From: Eledone cirrhosa
Lineage: Eukaryota
Reading direction: 5' to 3'
Assembly: GCA_964016885.1 (NCBI GenBank)
Contig: OZ024742.1
Span: forward strand, 193,254,001-193,318,000
Length of the DNA stretch: 64,000 nucleotides
Of this stretch, positions 56,336 through 64,000 are shown piece by piece. Numbering within the stretch: position 1 is the first letter of the stretch; the number at the start of each line of letters is the position of its first letter. The position numbers were made by a program, and so were the translations under genes. Below the pieces are notes generated by a model, which worked only from the letters and a program-made list of their open reading frames with translations, was not told the origin of the DNA and did not search any database.

Positions 56336-56661
56336 ATAAGGAGAGAGAGAGAGATGAAAGAGGAGACTGAGAGGTGCATATCGAATCATATGCAGCATAT
56401 TTTAATTAACATATATTTCTCGCTGTGGGTCTTTTCAGATATGATCATGTAATAGATACATCAGTAAGAGCATGCGAATGGTGAATACTAGTATTTAAGT
56501 ATCTCTGTCCATCATCGGTGTTGCTGATTCATTTGGTCTTGTGGTAAATAAGCCAATAGCTTATATACAGACTTTGCAAATAATACGTCAGTGATAAAGG
56601 ATAAAGATCACTAAATGCCAGCATGTGTACATTATATAGTTACACAAACACATGTATATAT

Positions 56662-56849
56662 ATGATGTGTTGTTATGGAGCCCATCGCATGAAGCAAGAA
56701 ACGCTGGTCGTCCCGAGAAGACATACGTCAAGCAACTTGAGGACGATACTGGATGCACTGTGCGGATGAACTGGCAAACGCTATGAGAGACAGAGATGGA
56801 TGGAGGAAACGTGTCGTAGAAAGCCGAGCAAGCTCGACCTGATGATGAT
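56662..56849 (+). mobile_element. RTE-like LINE 3' end
   Basis: DVLLWSPSH...GRPEKTYVKQLEDDTG...AMRDRDGWRKRV followed by a (TGA)n tail. Confidence 0.8.
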
Positions 56850-56951
56850 ATATATATATATATATACACATACATATATTTATATACATCTCTCTATCTA
56901 TCCACCTATCTATCTATCTATCTATCTATATATTGGCCTTGTGGCTAATAA

Positions 56952-56990
<39 letters not shown>

Positions 56991-56993
<3 letters not shown>

Positions 56994-57720
56994 ATGTATA
57001 TATAATGTATTTTGCAATACACTTTATGCTTAACTAAAAGCATTTTGAAGACCGTAAGCTATTGTTTTTTAGAGTAGTGACAAATTCACTTACTTTGATC
57101 TCAGCAAACAGGGGAATAAGCCGACAAGGCCTTGTTTCGCTTTTGTTGAAGCTTATCAAGACTAACTACTCCGACCTGTCTACCGAGATCACTAATGTTA
57201 TATTCTTATAGAATTCTAGTAAATAATCAGGAGCTGATTATACAGAGCGGTTGTTGGTCAGGCAGAAATTAAAAATTAGAATTGGAGCTCTGAAATAGCA
57301 ATATATATATGGATGTATATATAATGTATTTTGCAATACACTTTATGGTTAATTAAAAGCATTTTGAAGACCGTAAGCTATTGTTTTTTAGAGTAGTGAC
57401 AAATTCACTTACTTTGATCTCAGCAAACAGGGGAGATAAGTCGACAAGGCCTTGTTTATTTACTAGAATTCTATAAGAATATAACATCAGTGATCTCGGT
57501 AGACAGGTGGGAGTAGTTAGCCTTGATAAGCTTCAACAAAAGCGAAACAAGGCCTTGTCGGCTTATCTCCCCTGTTTGCTGAGATCAAAGTAAGTGAATG
57601 TGTCACTACTCTAAAAAACAATAGCTTACGGTCTTCAAAATGCTTTTAATTAAGCATAAAGCGTATTGCAAAATACATTATATATACATCCATATATATA
57701 TTGCTATTTCAGAGCTCCAA

Positions 57721-57727
<7 letters not shown>
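56991..57727. mobile_element. Family I: 319-nt tandem hammerhead unit with fold-back arm
   Basis: GGATGTATATATAATG at 56992 and 57311; 57455-57727 is the reverse complement of the unit. TA-flanked. Confidence 0.9.
57519..57563 (+). ncRNA. Type I hammerhead ribozyme, U3:A8 core (mirror at 57119-57163, minus)
   Basis: AGCC-TTGATAA-GCTT.CAACAA.AAGC-GAAA-CAAGGCCTTGT-C-GGCT; all three stems pair perfectly; GUC triplet. Confidence 0.88.
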
Positions 57728-57794
<67 letters not shown>

Positions 57795-57796
<2 letters not shown>

Positions 57797-58815
57797 AATT
57801 TGTTTAGCAAGATACTTTATCTGAAAACGTGTGTTGAAACAGATAGTGTTATGCTTTGGGAGGGTCATGTTGCCAATAAGAAACACACGCACCATGTGCT
57901 TTCACTCCAATTTAGTATAAATTAAATTCATAAATTTAGGAATTTGTAAATTTCCAGTTGGTTGGTTGGTGCCACAACCAGACGATTGTTCATATATTGT
58001 CAAAGTTCTTTGGTCACACATTTTGTGACCTCTTCAGTGACTGGGGATTTTTTTCTTTGTTTTTGTGCCTCTCCTTTGTTCTGTCCTACGCCATCTTGTT
58101 TTTGTGTGTGTTGTGTGCTTAGTTTGCGCATGTGTTACATACGAGTGTCTGTGTGTGTTTATATTTGTTTATTTATTTGTTTATTTACATGTTATTGGTT
58201 GGTTGTTTGTTCTATGTGTGTATGTGTGTTTTCATTTTGTCCTTAATTGTAAGTTGTAATGTTGTAATTCCATTCAGGTTGTCTATTTAATTTGGGTTGG
58301 AGTTCCTTTATGTTTATTGCCTCTGTGATTTGTCTAAACATTGCGTCTGTTATGTATGTAGATTCAATTTTTATTTCTATGTTCTCTAATTTACCCTTAT
58401 GTTCTATTTTAGCAGATGAATCTTTTCTATCTTGAAGCTCTCGCCAGTGTTCATTTATCCGTTCTCCTATACTACGAGCTGTCTCACCTATGTACACTAT
58501 ATTCCTATCTCTACATTGTCCTTCAGTATATCTTATGCTATATACTACATTTCTAGTTTTACAGTTAATATGAAAACACACACACACATAGAAAAAACAA
58601 CCAACCAGTAACACGTAAATAAACAAATACATAAATAAATAAACAAATACAAACACACGCAGACACCCGGATGTAACACATGCGCAAACTAAGCACACAT
58701 CACACACAAAAACAAGATGGCTTAGGACAGAACAAAGGAGAGGCACAAAAATAAAGAAAATAATCCCCATTCACTGAAGAGGTCACATGATGTGTGACGA
58801 AAGAACTGTGACAAT
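57795..58815 (-). mobile_element. Truncated Penelope-like element with GIY-YIG fragment and inverted pseudo-LTR (family G)
   Basis: CKTRNVVYSI...VYIGETARSIGERINEH...RQITEAINIKELQPKLN at 58243-58563. Pseudo-LTR 57995-58240 is inverted at 58570-58815, with hammerhead-like CTGAAGA...GAAA at 58770-58812. Confidence 0.88.
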
Positions 58816-58911
58816 ACCGGAAATTTATTATTTTCTATTTAATTTTTAATAAACATAAATGAATTAATACCAAAATAAAATAAAATAAAATAAAATAAAT
58901 TAAATTAAATT

Positions 58912-59430
58912 AAATAGAAAACAGACGAAAAAACGGTTCAGTACTATACGAACATGCCAGACAACAACACAACGGTAACATAGACAACATAGAAATTAGA
59001 ATAATATCTAAACATAGAAATGACCCAGCAGATAGGCAAATCAGAGAGGCCAGTGAAATAGAACTTAGAAGGCCAAGGCTAAACAGAAAGAATGAATGGA
59101 ATAACAACAACATCCAAACAAACAACACTGACCTAAGAGAAGTATAAATAAATAAATAGATAAATAAATAAATACATACACAAGCAGAATAACAACAAAA
59201 CATATAAACACACACTAGTAAAGATAGAATACATTAACCAATACACAGTCACCCAATCACGAACACACATCAAACAAAACACTATACACACACGCAAACG
59301 CATGCACAAAGAAGACAAAATAAAATAAACAAATAAATAAATATATAAACAGACTAAATAAAGATGGCGTAAAAAATACAATGCAACGGGAGGAAACAAT
59401 AGCAGATGTGCAACAAAAGAACTTTGATAA
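58912..59430 (+). mobile_element. Second GIY-YIG C-terminal fragment + decayed family G pseudo-LTR
   Basis: Plus frame SVLYEHARQQHNGNIDNIEIRII...RQIREASEIELRRPRLNRKNEWN*. Confidence 0.75.
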
Positions 59431-59881
59431 ACTATATATATGTGTTTGTGTCTATATTGTGTCTATATTGTATCTGTATTATTTTTGACCGTTGGTCAGT
59501 CAATGGCAACATTGAGGACCGAAAAAATTAGATTACCGATATAAAACACACAGAAGCGAAAAGCAAAAACCAATCAAACAGTGAGTGTGTTCTATTATTA
59601 ATTCTGGCAATATTACACAAATATGACCCTCCCCAAGTATAACAATATATATATATGTGTGTGTGAAAAAAACCACAGACACTTCATCTCAACTCTACTT
59701 TTGAAAAGCAGAAGAACTGCAAAACCGGTAAAGGAACCAAATATTTATTTGGTTCCTTTATATATATTTTTTTTAAATAAGACTCCTGATGCATTTTCGA
59801 TTTCAACATTTTTTTTTATACTTTCAGTCGTGTAGGACACGTTGGTTATTTTTCATTTTATAAAAAAACGTCACTTTCTTA

Positions 59882-59931
<50 letters not shown>

Positions 59932-59936
<5 letters not shown>

Positions 59937-60293
59937 AAAGTGATGTAATAGAAAATGCAACTGAAGTCTTATTTTTTAAAAAATTATATATATATTTATT
60001 TGGTTCCTTTACCGGTTTCGCAGTTCTTCTGCTTTTCAAAAGGTGAGTTGAGATGGTGGTTTTTCTCACATCTGTGAGAAAAACCACAGATGTGAGAAAA
60101 ACCACAGACCCTCCATCTCAACTCACCTTTTGAAAAGCAGAAGAACTGCGAAACCGGTAAGGGAACCAAATAAATATATATATTTAAAAAAAAAATAAGA
60201 CTCTAGTTGCATTTTCGATTTCATCTCTTTTTCTTTATACTTTCACTCGTGTAGGACACGTTAGTTATTTTTCATTTTATAAAAAAACCTCAC

Positions 60294-60300
<7 letters not shown>
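59932..60300. mobile_element. Family E fold-back element
   Basis: Inverted arms centred ~60080, TA-flanked. Confidence 0.88.
60006..60043 (-). ncRNA. Minimal hammerhead, U3:A8 core (mirror at 60126-60163, plus)
   Basis: CCTT-TTGAAAA-GCAG.AAGAA.CTGC-GAAA-CCGGT-A-AAGG; ACCGGT palindrome as stem III. Confidence 0.8.
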
Positions 60301-60344
<44 letters not shown>

Positions 60345-60519
60345 TATACTATATCATGCTGATCGATAGTGAAACATATGTGATATGTTATTAAATATGT
60401 CATGATGCAACACTGAATCCTTGTTTCTTTACTCATATAGTATTATACTCTGCTCTACGCAAGCATCGAGTGCTCAACCGGCATAGGGCCTAAGGACGCA
60501 ACTTTTCTTGCAACCATAC

Positions 60520-60562
<43 letters not shown>

Positions 60563-61393
60563 AATATATATATGGATGTGTGTGTGCATAGATTAACCCC
60601 CTACTCCCACAAAAAAAAGAAATGAATAATGCGGTCTGCTAGTCTGCAGATTGATTATAACATTCGACACTTTAAAAATTTCAAAACTACGCAGGCCATT
60701 AATTGTTGTAAATTGCGTATATATAAGTGTTTGATATCGCCTGTTATAGTTGGGAGAATGTTTGTATTTAAGTATTTTGGATTCCTTATTTTTTTAACAT
60801 TGTTTTCGTATACTTTCTCACATAAAGAAACTATATTCTGCAAATTTTTCTTCCTCGTTCTATTCACTACAGCAACTAATCATGAATCTGTGAAATTATG
60901 CTTTTTTCAACATTAAACAAATAAATAATAAATCTATAAATTTTCTATATCGTCAATAATTAGATATTGAAATTTCAAAAAAATATGAAAAACCCATTAG
61001 GAACCCTTTAAATAATCAATTAATTAGATTATCACCGGGAAGTGTGTAGCTAATTTGATAGTGCATGGTTTACTGGATAGCATGTTTCGGTCAAGATTGG
61101 ATGATCGTGATTACGGTTTCTGGTTGCGACAAAAGGGTATTTTACTTCAAGTTAATCCAAGCCACCTCGAATGTGAAATTCCGTTGTAACTGGAATTCAC
61201 AAGACAAGGATTGACACACACTGTAACACGTGGAATTTCCCTGAAAATTACGTTAGTAAACATGCAACGCAGGAATGCTTAGCCACTGGCACCTTAATTT
61301 AAAGTGTAGGCCGTTACCTTGCTTGACCAACAGTAACACACATCCTCCAAACCACTGGATTTCGAGCGAACACAACACAGGCCTTATATAAAT

Positions 61394-61963
61394 TAATTGT
61401 TTCTTTTTTGGCACAAGGCCAGAAATTATCCAGTGTATTACTGGTACTTTATTTTATCGACCCCGTAAAGATGAAAGGCAAAGTTAACCTCGGTGGGATT
61501 CGAACTCAGACAATATAGGGCCGTAACTCTTTGCTGCAAAGCATGGCATCCGACCCTCTACCGATACTGCCAATAGGCGTTATATGAATTAATTGTTTTT
61601 ACTTTTGGCACAAGGCCAGCAATTACTCAGTGTATTACTGGTACTTTATTTTATCGACCCCGTAGGGATGAAACGCAAAGTTAACCTCGGCGGGATTTGA
61701 ACTTAGAATGGCAAGGGCCGTAACTCTATGCGTCAAAGCATCGCGTCCCAACCTCTACCGATACTGCCAATCCATCGCCCTAGGCGTTATATAAATTAAT
61801 TGTTTCTACTTTAGGCACAAGGCCAGCAATTACCCGGTGCATTCCTGGTACTTTATTTTATCGACCCCGTAAGGATGAAAGGCAAAGTCAACCTCGGTGG
61901 GATTTGAACTCAGATCGTAAAGGGACGTAACTATGCTAGAAAGTATGGCGTCTGACTCTTGCC
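61394..61963 (-). mobile_element. Three consecutive SINE copies
   Basis: Units 61394-61574, 61590-61780 and 61797-61963, each preceded on + by GGC(G/C)TTATAT(A/G)AATTAAT. Confidence 0.9.
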
Positions 61964-64000
61964 AAATTAATGATGAATAATTACGGTAGGTTCGCATCTT
62001 ACGTAGCCTGTCAACGTCCTCCATTTACCATGTTATTAAAAGAAAATGTCGTATGTTCAAGACATGTGTTTTTCATTATGCATTTCCTATTTACGTCGAT
62101 GTTTTGGATGAGGCATTACGTTATATTCCCTGAAAAGGAACAATAGCGATATGTGTTGCCGTAATTCCCTTACATTTGATGATGAAACAGAACATTAAAA
62201 TTTAAGAGCTTTTACGAGTTATTCTTTTAATACATTTTGATAAAGGATTCTTTAAAAACATCCTGTTCAATATTTAAAAGACGGTAAGTGATATATGGCT
62301 ACTATTTCTAACAGGTTGTTCTACCATGTACATTTCACCTTCTTGCCTTGTCAAGTAGTGAAGGTTTCGAGGGTAAAAACAGAAAGAATGAAAACAAACA
62401 AAAACACATTGATTGACACAGTCTATATGGAATCAGCATTCTTTCAACTCTTGATATATAATTGATATTTTTGCCTTCGTCAAGTGATTGAATCTCCCAC
62501 CAATATACATTAGCGACATTTCATATTGATTGGAACTCTTCATTAACCTACAAAATGAAAAGAAAAGTAATACGTTGTTAGAATGTACTTCTGGCTTTGT
62601 TTTGTTTGTTACATTTTGTAGTATTACGAGTATTATTTACATTAGCAGGTGATAACCTGGGATGAGTGATGAAGTTGGTCGTAATGATGCAGTTAAATGC
62701 ACGAATAGCAATTAGTTAAGCAGCAATTGAGATTCTCCAACTCAATGTAATTGAAGATTATACTACAATTGACAGCCAACTTTCTTGTGGCTTCGTTTGT
62801 GCGGTTCTACAGCCTTTAATAACAGTTAACCCATTCATTACTATATTTCTAATGAAACAGGCTGCATAAAATTTTCAAATCATTTTGAACGTAAATGCGA
62901 ATTATGGAAACATTTAGTAAAATAACTAACTTCCTCCTTATTTAGTAGATACGTGTAAAACATATTTACTAGCATAAGTACTTTTAACACTTTCATTACT
63001 GTTTCAATTGAAAGACACAGTTCCTATAATTTTCAAAATATTTTGAATTTAATGAAGTATGTGGAAATATTTAGAACTACAACTAACTTTCTCATTATAA
63101 ATTTGGTATTTGGAACTCAACAAAGGTTCTGATATAAAATTATGATAGATTTGTTATGAATATATGCACTTTAGAGTAAACAGTTTTGTATCGTGGAACA
63201 AGGGCCAGCTTCCGACGGTTTAGTGCCAAGAGATCACTTGATATCTAAAGTAGGTTTTTAGGATAAATAATAAATAAATTGAATTAAAAAATGAAAGCCA
63301 TAGTCCTAGTAAAAACACAAACAATCAAACAAAAGCAAGAAAAATATAAAAAGATTAATATTGATCATCCTGAAAATATAAATAATAATGAAACTGCTGA
63401 AATTACAACAATTTATCAAATTAATTATGTTGATAAAGCTGTAAAGTTATCTGTACTATGACCCCTGCCTCAGCAAACAATACCATCGGCTGCATCAGTA
63501 ACAGCAGCAACACACCACGTCCTACCATACCACTCTCATGAACATCATCATTATCATATCATTACCACCATTACCACAACACCATTAACATCCGTAACAC
63601 CATTACCACCATCACAATCATTAATACGCCCACTAGCATTAACACCATTACTATTATGTGTTACAGTAATTTCATTAGAGAATAATACGTTGTGTTTGTA
63701 GTGAATCTGACAGATTTTCATTACTAAGAATCTCATTAGAGGAACGCAGCTGTAAGAAAGACTAATTATTTCGACTATTCCTCCTCTTCCCCACTCATAC
63801 GATAATTTCATGGGCATAATAGGAAATCTATTACCGGAGATTATATCCTTTCATCGTTGCAATTTTTCCCATGTCTTATTTTTCAACTGATATCTATATG
63901 TCGCAGGAATAATTACAAATCTTTATCAATTCTGTGATTAAGAATGTGAAATGAAAACTACTTATTAAAAATGAAACAATCACAAGAAACGGATTTGATT

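Noticed and set aside
63460-63700. His/Thr/Pro-rich potential coding stretch
   Set aside because: Degenerate (CAT/CAC/AAC)n low-complexity sequence with stops.

Overview
AT-rich, microsatellite-dense eukaryotic DNA, most likely from an octopod cephalopod (inferred from about 15 copies of a tRNA-derived SINE resembling octopus SINEs). The only host gene I can support is the 3' end of an M13 metallopeptidase (neprilysin/ECE family) on the + strand: exons 12025-12120, 30116-30192 and 31090-31189, with an ~18 kb intron. The rest is mostly transposon debris: one nearly full-length, frameshifted Penelope-like element (RT + GIY-YIG, 12762-17207), several truncated Penelope-like pieces, Tc1/mariner fragments, LINE fragments (ORF1 zinc knuckle, APE, CR1-like RT, RTE-like ends), a small Helitron and SINEs. 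The main hidden signal is a dense set of short non-coding elements inserted in (TA)n tracts. They carry type I hammerhead ribozymes (about 25 motifs from about 15 sequence families, read by eye) and occur as fold-back inverted duplications or as 308-616 nt tandem units. Five families have a compensatory U3:A8 catalytic core (UUGAnAA) and one has a family-wide CAGAAGA core. One 616-nt unit begins exactly at its predicted cleavage site, which suggests a retrozyme-like self-cleaving/circular RNA system mobilised by Penelope-like RT/EN. All folds were deduced by manual base-pairing; no alignment, covariance search or activity data were available.
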